A DNA stretch of 64,000 nt from Camelus dromedarius. Lineage: Eukaryota. The notes beneath the pieces were generated by a model. It saw only the letters and a program-made list of their open reading frames with translations. It did not search any database and had not been told where the DNA came from. The DNA is taken from contig NC_087436.1 in NCBI RefSeq assembly GCF_036321535.1, positions 868,001 to 932,000 on the forward strand, in the 5' to 3' direction. Of this stretch, positions 12,560 through 24,900 are shown piece after piece; within the stretch, counting starts at the first letter, position 1; each line of letters opens with the position of its first letter. The translations under genes were made by a program, and so were the position numbers.

Positions 12560-15500
12560 TATATGTATGGAATGGAGTTTGGAACTGAAAAGAAACTTTG
12601 TGTTCCCAACAAGCTAGTTGAAGGTCGGCTTTCACACGCACATATTTCTCAGAACTGAGCAAGTGGAGAGACGTTCGTTCATCTAGCACCAAGGGAACGG
12701 GTTGCAGGAGACACTTTTTCTCTGCTTTCTCAGTCTGTTTCCTAGTGCCGGTTTGAAGTTCCTGCAGTTTTCACTGTGAAACCGAGTTGGAGATAGTACC
12801 TCCCCATATATATGTATGGAATGGAGTTTGAAACTGAAAAGAAACTTTGTGTTCCCAAAAAGCTAGGTGAAGGACGGCTTTCACACGCACTTATCTCTCA
12901 GAACTGAGCAAGTGGATAGACGTTCGTTCATCTAACACCAAGGGAACGGGTTGCAGGAGACACTTTTTCTCTGCTTTCTCAGTCTGTTTCCTAGTGCCGG
13001 TTTGAAGTTCCTGCCGTTTTCACTGTAAAACCGAGTTGGAGCTTCTACCTCCCCATATATATGTATGGAATGGAGTTTGCAACTGAAAAGAAACTTTGTG
13101 TTCCCAACAAGCTAGGTGAAGGACGGCTTTCACACGCACTTATCTATCAGAACTGAGCTAGTGGAGAGACGTTCGTTCATCTAGCACCAAGGGAACGGGT
13201 TGCAGGAGACACTTTTTCTCTGCTTTCTCAGTCTGTTTCCTAGTGCCGGTTTGAAGTTCCTGCAGTTTTCACTGTAAAACCGAGTTGGAGTTTCTACCTC
13301 CCCATATATATTTATGGAATGGAATTTGCAACTGAAAAGAAACTTTGTGTTCCCAACAAGCTAGGTGAAGGGCGGCTTTCACACACTCTTATCTCTCAGA
13401 ACTGAGCAAGTGGAGAGACGTTCGTTCATCTAGCACCAAGGGAACGGGTTGCAGGAGACACTTTTTCTCTGCTTTCTCAGTCTGTTTCCTAGTGCCGGTT
13501 TGAAGTTCCTGCAGTTTTCACTGTCAAACCGAGTTGGAGCTTGTACCTCCCCATATATATGTATGGAATGGAGTTTGCAACTGAAAAGAAACTTTGTGTT
13601 CCCAACAATCTAGGTGAAGGGCGGCTTTCACACACACTTATCTCTCAGAACAGAGCAAGTGGAGAGACGTTCGTTCATCTAGCACCAAGGGAACGGGTTG
13701 CAGGAGACACTTTTTCTCTGCTTTCTCAGTCTGTTTCCTAGTGCCGGTTTGAAGTTCCTGCAGTTTTCACTGTGAAACCGAGTTGGAGCTAGTACCTCCC
13801 CATATATATGTATGGAATGGAGTTTGGAACTGAAAAGAAACTTTGTGTTCCCAACAAGCTAGGTGAAGGACGGCTTTCACACGCACTTATCTATCAGAAC
13901 TGAGCTAGTGGAGAGACGTTCGTTCATCTAGCACCAAGGGAACGGGTTGCAGGAGACACTTTTTCTCTGCTTTCTCAGTCTGTTTCCTAGTGCCGGTTTG
14001 AAGTTCCTGCAGTTTTCACTGTAAAACCGAGTTGGAGTTTCTACCTCCCCATATATATGTATGGAATGGAGTTTGCAACTGAAAAGAAACTTTGTGTTCC
14101 CAACAAGCTAGGTGAAGGACGGCTTTCACACACTCTTATCTCTCAGAACTGAGCAAGTGGAGAGACGTTCGTTCATCTAGCACCAAGGGAACGGGTTGCA
14201 GGAGACACTTTTTCTCTGCTTTCTCAGTCTGTTTCCTAGTGCCGGTTTGAAGTTCCTGCAGTTTTCACTGTCAAACCGAGTTGGAGCTTGTACCTCCCCA
14301 TATATATGTATGGAATGGAGTTTGCAACTGAAAAGAAACTTTGTGTTCCCAACAAGCTAGGTGAAGGACGGCTTTCACACACACTTATGTCTCAGAACAG
14401 AGCAAGTGGAGAGACGTTCGTTCATCTAGCACCAAGGGAACGGGTTGCAGGAGACACTTTTTCTCTGCTTTCTCAGTCTGTTTCCTAGTGCCGGTTTGAA
14501 GTTCCTGCAGTTTTCACTGTGAAACCGAGTTGGAGCTAGTACCTCCCCATATATATGTATGGAATGGAGTTTGGAACTGAAAAGAAACTTTGTGTTCCCA
14601 ACAAGCTAGTTGAAGGTCGGCTTTCACACGCACATATTTCTCAGAACTGAGCAAGTGGAGAGACGTTCGTTCATCTAGCACCAAGGGAACGGGTTGCAGG
14701 AGACACTTTTTCTCTGCTTTCTCAGTCTGTTTCCTAGTGCCGGTTTGAAGTTCCTGCAGTTTTCACTGTGAAACCGAGTTGGAGCTAGTACCTCCCCATA
14801 TATATGTATGGAATGGAGTTTGAAACTGAAAAGAAACTTTGTGTTCCCAAAAAGCTAGGTGAAGGACGGCTTTCACACGCACTTATCTCTCAGAACTGAG
14901 CAAGTGGAGAGACGTTCGTTCATCTAACACCAAGGGAACGGGTTGCAGGAGACACTTTTTCTCTTCTTCCTCAGTCTGTTTCCTAGTGCCGGTTTGAAGT
15001 TCCTGCCGTTTTCACTGTAAAACCGAGTTGGAGCTTCTACCTCCCCATATATATGTATGGAATGGAGTTTGCAACTGAAAAGAAACTTTGTGTTCCCAAC
15101 AAGCTAGGTGAAGGACGGCTTTCACACGCACTTATCTATCAGAACTGAGCTAGTGGAGAGACGTTCGTTCATCTAGCACCAAGGGAACGGGTTGCAGGAG
15201 ACACTTTTTCTCTGCTTTTTCAGTCTGTTTCCTAGTGCCGGTTTGAAGTTCCTGCAGTTTTCACTGTAAAACCGAGTTGGAGTTTCTACCTCCCCATATA
15301 TATGTATGGAATGGAGTTTGCAACTGAAAAGAAACTTTGTGTTCCCAACAAGCTAGGTGAAGGACGGCTTTCACACACTCTTATCTCTCAGAACTGAGCA
15401 AGTGGAGAGACGTTCGTTCATCTAGCACCAAGGGAACGGGTTGCAGGAGACACTTTTTCTCTGCTTTCTCAGTCTGTTTCCTAGTGCCGGTTTGAAGTTC

Positions 15501-18500
15501 CTGCAGTTTTCACTGTCAAACCGAGTTGGAGCTTGTACCTCCCCATATATATGTATGGAATGGAGTTTGCAACTGAAAAGAAACTTTGTGTTCCCAACAA
15601 GCTAGGTGAAGGAAGGCTTTCACACACACTTATCTCTCAGAACAGAGCAAGTGGAGAGACGTTCGTTCATCTAGCACCAAGGGAACGGGTTGCAGGAGAC
15701 ACATTTTCTCTGCTTTCTCAGTCTGTTTCCTAGTCCCGGTTTGAAGTTCCTGCAGTTTTCACTGTAAAACCGAGTTGGAGCTAGTACCTCCCCATATATA
15801 TGTATGGAATGGAGTTTGCAACTGAAAAGATACTTTGTGTTCCCAACAAGCTAGGTGAAGGACGGCTTTCACACACACTTATCTCTCAGAACTGAGCAAG
15901 TGGAGAGACGTTCGTTCATCTAGCACCAAGGGAACGGGTTGCAGGAGACACTTTTTCTCTGCTTTCTCAGTCTGTTTCCTAGTGACGGTTTGAATTTCCT
16001 TCAGATTTCACTGTAAAACCGAGTTGGAGCTGGTACATCCCCATATATATGTATGGAATGGAGTTTGGAACTGAAAAGAAACTTTGTGTTCCCAACAAGC
16101 TAGTTGAAGGTCGGCTTTCACACGCACATATTTCTCAGAACTGAGCAAGTGGAGAGACGTTCGTTCATCTAGCACCAAGGGAACGGGTTGCAGGAGACAC
16201 TTTTTCTCTGCTTTCTCAGTCTGTTTCCTAGTGCCGGTTTGAAGTTCCTGCAGTTTTCACTGTGAAACCGAGTTGGAGATAGTACCTCCCCATATATATG
16301 TATGGAATGGAGTTTGAAACTGAAAAGAAACTTTGTGTTCCCAAAAAGCTAGGTGAAGGACGGCTTTCACACGCACTTATCTCTCAGAACTGAGCAAGTG
16401 GAGAGACGTTCGTTCATCTAACACCAAGGGAACGGGTTGCAGGAGACACTTTTTCTCTGCTTTCTCAGTCTGTTTCCTAGTGCCGGTTTGAAGTTCCTGC
16501 CGTTTTCACTGTAAAACCGAGTTGGAGCTTCTACCTCCCCATATATATGTATGGAATGGAGTTTGCAACTGAAAAGAAACTTTGTGTTCCCAACAAGCTA
16601 GGTGAAGGAAGGCTTTCACACGCACTTATCTATCAGAACTGAGCTAGTGGAGAGACGTTCGTTCATCTAGCACCAAGGGAACGGGTTGCAGGAGACACTT
16701 TTTCTCTGCTTTCTCAGTCTGTTTCCTAGTGCCGGTTTGAAGTTCCTGCAGTTTTCACTGTAAAACCGAGTTGGAGTTTCTACCTCCCCATATATATTTA
16801 TGGAATGGAGTTTGCAACTGAAAAGAAACTTTGTGTTCCCAACAAGCTAGGTGAAGGGCGGCTTTCACACACTCTTATCTCTCAGAACTGAGCAAGTGGA
16901 GAGACGTTCGTTCATCTAGCACCAAGGGAACGGGTTGCAGGAGACACTTTTTCTCTGCTTTCTCAGTCTGTTTCCTAGTGCCGGTTTGAAGTTCCTGCAG
17001 TTTTCACTGTCAAACCGAGTTGGAGCTTGTACCTCCCCATATATATGTATGGAATGGAGTTTGCAACTGAAAAGAAACTTTGTGTTCCCAACAAGCTAGG
17101 TGAAGGACGGCTTTCACACACACTTATCTCTCAGAACAGAGCAAGTGGAGAGACGTTCGTTCATCTAGCACCAAGGGAACGGGTTGCAGGAGACACTTTT
17201 TCTCTGCTTTCTCAGTCTGTTTCCTAGTGCCGGTTTGAAGTTCCTGCAGTTTTCACTGTGAAACCGAGTTGGAGCTAGTACCTCCCCATATATATGTATG
17301 GAATGGAGTTTGGAACTGAAAAGAAACTTTGTGTTCCCAACAAGCTAGGTGAAGGACGGCTTTCACACGCACTTATCTATCAGAACTGAGCTAGTGGAGA
17401 GACGTTCGTTCATCTAGCACCAAGGGAACGGGTTGCAGGAGACACTTTTTCTCTGCTTTCTCAGTCTGTTTCCTAGTGCCGGTTTGAAGTTCCTGCAGTT
17501 TTCACTGTAAAACCGAGTTGGAGTTTCTACCTCCCCATATATATGTATGGAATGGAGTTTGCAACTGAAAAGAAACTTTGTGTTCCCAACAAGCTAGGTG
17601 AAGGACGGCTTTCACACACTCTTATCTCTCAGAACTGAGCAAGTGGAGAGACGTTCGTTCATCTAGCACCAAGGGAACGGGTTGCAGGAGACACTTTTTC
17701 TCTGCTTTCTCAGTCTGTTTCCTAGTGCCGGTTTGAAGTTCCTGCAGTTTTCACTGTCAAACCGAGTTGGAGCTTGTACCTCCCCATATATATGTATGGA
17801 ATGGAGTTTGCAACTGAAAAGAAACTTTGTGTTCCCAACAAGCTAGGTGAAGGACGGCTTTCACACACACTTATGTCTCAGAACAGAGCAAGTGGAGAGA
17901 CGTTCGTTCATCTAGCACCAAGGGAACGGGTTGCAGGAGACACTTTTTCTCTGCTTTCTCAGTCTGTTTCCTAGTGCCGGTTTGAAGTTCCTGCAGTTTT
18001 CACTGTGAAACCGAGTTGGAGCTAGTACCTCCCCATATATATGTATGGAATGGAGTTTGAAACTGAAAAGAAACTTTGTGTTCCCAAAAAGCTAGGTGAA
18101 GGACGGCTTTCACACGCACTTATCTCTCAGAACTGAGCAAGTGGAGAGACGTTCGTTCATCTAACACCAAGGGAACGGGTTGCAGGAGACACTTTTTCTC
18201 TTCTTCCTCAGTCTGTTTCCTAGTGCCGGTTTGAAGTTCCTGCCGTTTTCACTGTAAAACCGAGTTGGAGCTTCTACCTCCCCATATATATGTATGGAAT
18301 GGAGTTTGCAACTGAAAAGAAACTTTGTGTTCCCAACAAGCTAGGTGAAGGACGGCTTTCACACGCACTTATCTATCAGAACTGAGCTAGTGGAGAGACG
18401 TTCGTTCATCTAGCACCAAGGGAACGGGTTGCAGGAGACACTTTTTCTCTGCTTTTTCAGTCTGTTTCCTAGTGCCGGTTTGAAGTTCCTGCAGTTTTCA

Positions 18501-19280
18501 CTGTAAAACCGAGTTGGAGTTTCTACCTCCCCATATATATGTATGGAATGGAGTTTGCAACTGAAAAGAAACTTTGTGTTCCCAACAAGCTAGGTGAAGG
18601 ACGGCTTTCACACACTCTTATCTCTCAGAACTGAGCAAGTGGAGAGACGTTCGTTCATCTAGCACCAAGGGAACGGGTTGCAGGAGACACTTTTTCTCTG
18701 CTTTCTCAGTCTGTTTCCTAGTGCCGGTTTGAAGTTCCTGCAGTTTTCACTGTCAAACCGAGTTGGAGCTTGTACCTCCCCATATATATGTATGGAATGG
18801 AGTTTGCAACTGAAAAGAAACTTTGTGTTCCCAACAAGCTAGGTGAAGGAAGGCTTTCACACACACTTATCTCTCAGAACAGAGCAAGTGGAGAGACGTT
18901 CGTTCATCTAGCACCAAGGGAACGGGTTTCAGGAGACACATTTTCTCTGCTTTCTCAGTCTGTTTCCTAGTCCCGGTTTGAAGTTCCTGCAGTTTTCACT
19001 GTAAAACCGGGTTGGAGCTAGTACCTCCCCATATATATGTATGGAATGGAGTTTGCAACTGAAAAGATACTTTGTGTTCCCAACAAGCTAGGTGAAGGAC
19101 GGCTTTCACACACACTTATCTCTCAGAACTGAGCAAGTGGAGAGACGTTCGTTCATCTAGCACCAAGGGAACGGGTTGCAGGAGACACTTTTTCTCTGCT
19201 TTCTCAGTCTGTTTCCTAGTGACGGTTTGAATTTCCTTCAGATTTCACTGTAAAACCGATTTGGAGCTGGTACATCCCCA
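12560..19280. repeat. 14-monomer tandem duplication (3486 bp); the second copy lacks one monomer (offset becomes 3237 bp)
   Basis: Offsets 13541->17027 and 14288->17774 are 3486, then 15533->18770 is 3237. The monomer with TAGTTGAAGGTCGG at ~14600 has no counterpart near 18050. Confidence 0.88.
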
Positions 19281-20449
19281 TATATATGTATGGAATGGAG
19301 TTTGCAACTGAAAAGAAACTTTGTGTTCCCAACAAGCTAGGTGAAGGACGGCTTTCACACACACTTATCTCTCCGAACTGAGCAAGTGGAGAGACGTTCG
19401 TTCATCTAGCACCAAGGGAACGGGTTGCAGGAGACACTTTTTCTCTGCTTTCTCAGTCTGTTTCCTAGTGCCGGTTTGAAGTTCCTGCAGTTTTCACTGT
19501 AAAACCGAGTAGGAGCTAGTACCTCCCCATATATATGTATGGAATGGAGTTTGCAACTGAAAAGAAACTTTGTGTTCCCAACAAGCTAGGTGAAATACGG
19601 CTTTCACACACTCTTATCTCTCAGAACTGAGCAAGTGGAGAGACGTTCGTTCATCTAGCACCAAGGGAACGGGTTGCAGGAGACACTTTTTCTCTGCTTT
19701 CTCAGTCTGTTTCCTAGTGCCAGTTTGAAGTTCCTGCAGTTTTCACTGTCAAACCGAGTTGGAGCTTGTACCTCCCCGTATATATGTATGGAATGGAGTT
19801 TGCAACTGAAAAGAAACTTTGTGTTCCCAACAAGCTAGGTGAAGGACGGCTTTCACACGCACATATCTCTCAGAACTGAGCAAGTGGAGAGATGTTCGTT
19901 CATCTAGCACCAAGGGAACGGGTTGCAGGAGACACTTTTTCTCTGCTTTCTCAGTCTGTTTCCTAGTGCCGGTTTGAAGTTCCTGCAGTTTTCATTGACA
20001 AACCGATTTGGAGCTAGTATCTCCCCATATATAAGTATGGAACGGAGTTTACAACTGAAAAGAAACTTTGTGTTCCCAACAAGCTAGGTGAAGGACGGCT
20101 TTCACACACACTTATCTCTCAGAACAGAGCAATTGGAGAGACGTTCGTTCATCTAGCACCAAGAGAACGGGTTGCAGGAGACACTTTTTCTCTGCTTTCT
20201 CAGTCTGTTTCCTAGTGCCGGTTTGAAGTTCCTGCAGTTTTCACTGTCAAACCGAGTTGGAGCTTGTACCTCCCCATATATATGTATGGAATGGAGTTTG
20301 CAACTGAAAAGAAACTTTGTGTTCCCAACAAGCTAGGTGAAGGACGGCTTTCACACGCACATATCTCTCAGAACTGAGCAAGTGGAGAGATGTTCGTTCA
20401 TCTAGCACCAAGGGAACGGGTTGCAGGAGACACTTTTTCTCTGCTTTCT

Positions 20450-23400
20450 CAGTCTGTTTCCTAGTGCCGGTTTGAAGTTCCTGCAGTTTTCACTGTAAAA
20501 CCGAGTTGGAGCTTGTACCTCCCCATATATATGTATGGAATGGAGTTTGCAACTGAAAAGAAACTTTGTGTTCCCAACAAGCTAGGTGAAGGACGGCTTT
20601 CACACACACTTATCTCTCAGAACTGAGCAAGTGGAGAGACGTTCGTTCATCTAGCACCAAGGGAACGGTTGCATGGGACACTTTTTCTCTGCTTTCTCAG
20701 TCTGTTTCCTAGTGCCGGTTTGAAGTTCCTGCAGTTTTCACTGTAAAACCGAGTTGGAGCTTCTACCTCCCCATATATATATATGGAATGGAGTTTGCAA
20801 CTGAAAAGAAACTTTGTGTTCCCAACAAGCTAGGTGAAGTACGGCTTTCACACACACTTAACTCTCAGAACAGAGCAAGTGGAGAGACCTTCGTTCATCT
20901 AGCACCAAGGGAACGGGTTGCAGGAGACACTTTTTCTCTGCTTTCTCAGTCTGTTTCCTAGTGCCGGTTTGAAGTTCCTGAAGTTTTCACTGTCAAACCG
21001 AGTTGGAGCTAGTACCTCCCCATATATATGTATGGAATGGAGTTTGCAACTGAAAAGAAACTTTGTGTTCCCAACAAGCTAGGTGAAGGACGGCTTTCAC
21101 AAACACTTATCTCTCCGAACTGAGCAAGTGGAGAGACGTTCGTTCATCTAGCACCAAGGGAACGGGTTGCAGGAGACACTTTTTCTCTGCTTTCTCAGTC
21201 TGTTTCCTAGTGCCGGTTTGAAGTTCCTGCAGTTTTCATTGACAAACCGATTTGGAGCTAGTATCTCCCCATATATAAGTATGGAACGGAGTTTACAACT
21301 GAAAAGAAACTTTGTGTTCCCAACAAGCTAGGTGAAGGACGGCTTTCACACAAACATATCTCTCAGAACAGAGCAATTGGAGAGACGTTCGTTCATCTAG
21401 CACCAAGATAACGGGTTGCAGGAGACACTTTTTCTCTGCTTTCTCAGTCTGTTTCCTAGTGCCGGTTTGAAGTTCCTGCAGTTTTCACTGTCAAACCGAG
21501 TTGGAGCTTGTACCTCCCCATATATATGTATGGAATGGAGTTTGCAACTGAAAAGAAACTTTGTGTTCCCAACAAGCTAGGTGAAGGACGGCTTTCACAC
21601 GCACATATCTCTCAGAACTGAGCAAGTGGAGAGATGTTCGTTCATCTAGCACCAGGGAACGGGTTGCAGGAGACACTTTTTCTCTGCTTCCTCAGTCTGT
21701 TTCCTAGTGCCGGTTTGAAGTTCCTGCAGTTTTCACTGTAAAACCGAGTTGGAGCTTGTACCTCCCCATATATATGTATGGAATGGAGTTTGCAACTGAA
21801 AAGAAACTTTGTGTTCCCAACAAGCTAGGTGAAGGACGGCTTTCACACACACTTATCTCTCAGAACTGAGCAAGTGGAGAGACTTTCGTTCATCTAGCAC
21901 CAAGGGAACGGGTTGCAGGACACACTTTTTCTCTGCTTTCTCAGACTGTTTCCTAGTGCCGGTTTGAAGTTCCTGCAGTTTTCACTGTAAAACCGAGTTG
22001 GAGCTTCTACCTCCCCATATATATATATGGAATGGAGTTTGCAACTGAAAAGAAACTTTGTGTTCCCAACAAGCTAGGTGAAGTACGGCTTTCACACACA
22101 CTTATCTCTCAGAACAGAGCAAGTGGAGAGACGTTCGTTCATCTAGCACCAAGGGAACGGGTTGCAGGAGACACTTTTTCTCTGCTTTCTCAGTCTGTTT
22201 CCTAGTGCCGGTTTAAAGTTCCTGCAGTTTTCACTGTCAAACCGAGTTGGAGCTAGTACCTCCCCATATATATGTATGGAATGGAGTTTGCAACTGAAAA
22301 GAAACTTTGTGTTCCCAACAAGCTAGGTGAAGGACGGCTTTCACACACACTTATCTCTCAGAACTGAGCAAGTGGAGAGACGTTCGTTCATCTCGCACCA
22401 GGGAACGGGTTGCAGGAGACACTTTTTCTCTGCTTCCTCAGTCTGTTTCCCAGTGCCGGTTTGAAGTTCCTGCAGTTTTCACTGTAAAACCGAGTTGGAG
22501 CTTGTACCTCCCCATATATATGTATGGAATGGAGTTTGCAACTGAAAAGAAACTTTGTGTTCCCAACAAGCTAGGTGAAGGACGGCTTTCACACACACTT
22601 ATCTCTCAGAACTGAGCAAGTGGAGAGACGTTCGTTCATCTAGCACCAAGGGAACGGTTGCATGGGACACTTTTTCTCTGCTTTCTCAGTCTGTTTCCTA
22701 GTGCCGGTTTGAAGTTCCTGCAGTTTTCACTGTAAAACCGAGTTGGAGCTTCTACCTCCCCATATATATATATGGAATGGAGTTTGCAACTGAAAAGAAA
22801 CTTTGTGTTCCCAACAAGCTAGGTGAAGTACGGCTTTCACACACACTTAACTCTCAGAACAGAGCAAGTGGAGAGACCTTCGTTCATCTAGCACCAAGGG
22901 AACGGGTTGCAGGAGACACTTTTTCTCTGCTTTCTCAGTCTGTTTCCTAGTGCCGGTTTGAAGTTCCTGAAGTTTTCACTGTCAAACCGAGTTGGAGCTA
23001 GTACCTCCCCATATATATGTATGGAATGGAGTTTGCAACTGAAAAGAAACTTTGTGTTCCCAACAAGCTAGGTGAAGGACGGCTTTCACAAACACTTATC
23101 TCTCCGAACTGAGCAAGTGGAGAGACGTTCGTTCATCTAGCACCAAGGGAACGGGTTGCAGGAGACACTTTTTCTCTGCTTTCTCAGTCTGTTTCCTAGT
23201 GCCGGTTTGAAGTTCCTGCAGTTTTCATTGACAAACCGATTTGGAGCTAGTATCTCCCCATATATAAGTATGGAACGGAGTTTACAACTGAAAAGAAACT
23301 TTGTGTTCCCAACAAGCTAGGTGAAGGACGGCTTTCACACAAACATATCTCTCAGAACAGAGCAATTGGAGAGACGTTCGTTCATCTAGCACCAAGATAA

Positions 23401-24900
23401 CGGGTTGCAGGAGACACTTTTTCTCTGCTTTCTCAGTCTGTTTCCTAGTGCCGGTTTGAAGTTCCTGCAGTTTTCACTGTCAAACCGAGTTGGAGCTTGT
23501 ACCTCCCCATATATATGTATGGAATGGAGTTTGCAACTGAAAAGAAACTTTGTGTTCCCAACAAGCTAGGTGAAGGACGGCTTTCACACGCACATATCTC
23601 TCAGAACTGAGCAAGTGGAGAGACGTTCGTTCATCTAGCACCAGGGAACGGGTTGCAGGAGACACTTTTTCTCTGCTTCCTCAGTCTGTTTCCTAGTGCC
23701 GGTTTGAAGTTCCTGCAGTTTTCACTGTAAAACCGAGTTGGAGCTTGTACCTCCCCATATATATGTATGGAATGGAGTTTGCAACTGAAAAGAAACTTTG
23801 TGTTCCCAACAAGCTAGGTGAAGGACGGCTTTCACACACACTTATCTCTCAGAACTGAGCAAGTGGAGAGACTTTCGTTCATCTAGCACCAAGGGAACGG
23901 GTTGCAGGACACACTTTTTCTCTGCTTTCTCAGACTGTTTCCTAGTGCCGGTTTGAAGTTCCTGCAGTTTTCACTGTAAAACCGAGTTGGAGCTTCTACC
24001 TCCCCATATATATATATGGAATGGAGTTTGCAACTGAAAAGAAACTTTGTGTTCCCAACAAGCTAGGTGAAGTACGGCTTTCACACACACTTATCTCTCA
24101 GAACAGAGCAAGTGGAGAGACGTTCGTTCATCTAGCACCAAGGGAACGGGTTGCAGGAGACACTTTTTCTCTGCTTTCTCAGTCTGTTTCCTAGTGCCGG
24201 TTTAAAGTTCCTGCAGTTTTCACTGTCAAACCGAGTTGGAGCTAGTACCTCCCCATATATATGTATGGAATGGAGTTTGCAACTGAAAAGAAACTTTGTG
24301 TTCCCAACAAGCTAGGTGAAGGACGGCTTTCACACACACTTATCTCTCAGAACTGAGCAAGTGGAGAGACGTTCGTTCATCTCGCACCAGGGAACGGGTT
24401 GCAGGAGACACTTTTTCTCTGCTTCCTCAGTCTGTTTCCCAGTGCCGGTTTGAAGTTCCTGCAGTTTTCACTGTAAAACCGAGTTGGAGCTTGTACCTCC
24501 CCATATATATGTATGGAATGGAGTTTGCAACTGAAAAGAAACTTTGTGTTCCCAACAAGCTAGGTGAAGGACGGCTTTCACACACACTTATCTCTCAGAA
24601 CTGAGCAAGTGGAGAGACGTTCGTTCATCTAGCACCAAGGGAACGGTTGCATGGGACACTTTTTCTCTGCTTTCTCAGTCTGTTTCCTAGTGCCGGTTTG
24701 AAGTTCCTGCAGTTTTCACTGTAAAACCGAGTTGGAGCTTCTACCTCCCCATATATATATATGGAATGGAGATTGCAACTGAAAAGAAACTTTGTGTTCC
24801 CAACAAGCTAGGTGAAGTACGGCTTTCACACACACTTAACTCTCAGAACAGAGCAAGTGGAGAGACGTTCGTTCATCTAGCACCAAGGGAACGGGTTGCA
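20450..24900. repeat. 8-monomer higher-order repeat, period 1989 bp, slightly over 2 copies
   Basis: The GCATGGG variant is at 20671, 22660 and 24649; minus-strand ORFs are at 21491/23480. Private variants CAAGATAAC, CAGACTG, TTTAAAG and TCTCGCACC each occur twice, 1989 bp apart. Confidence 0.9.
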
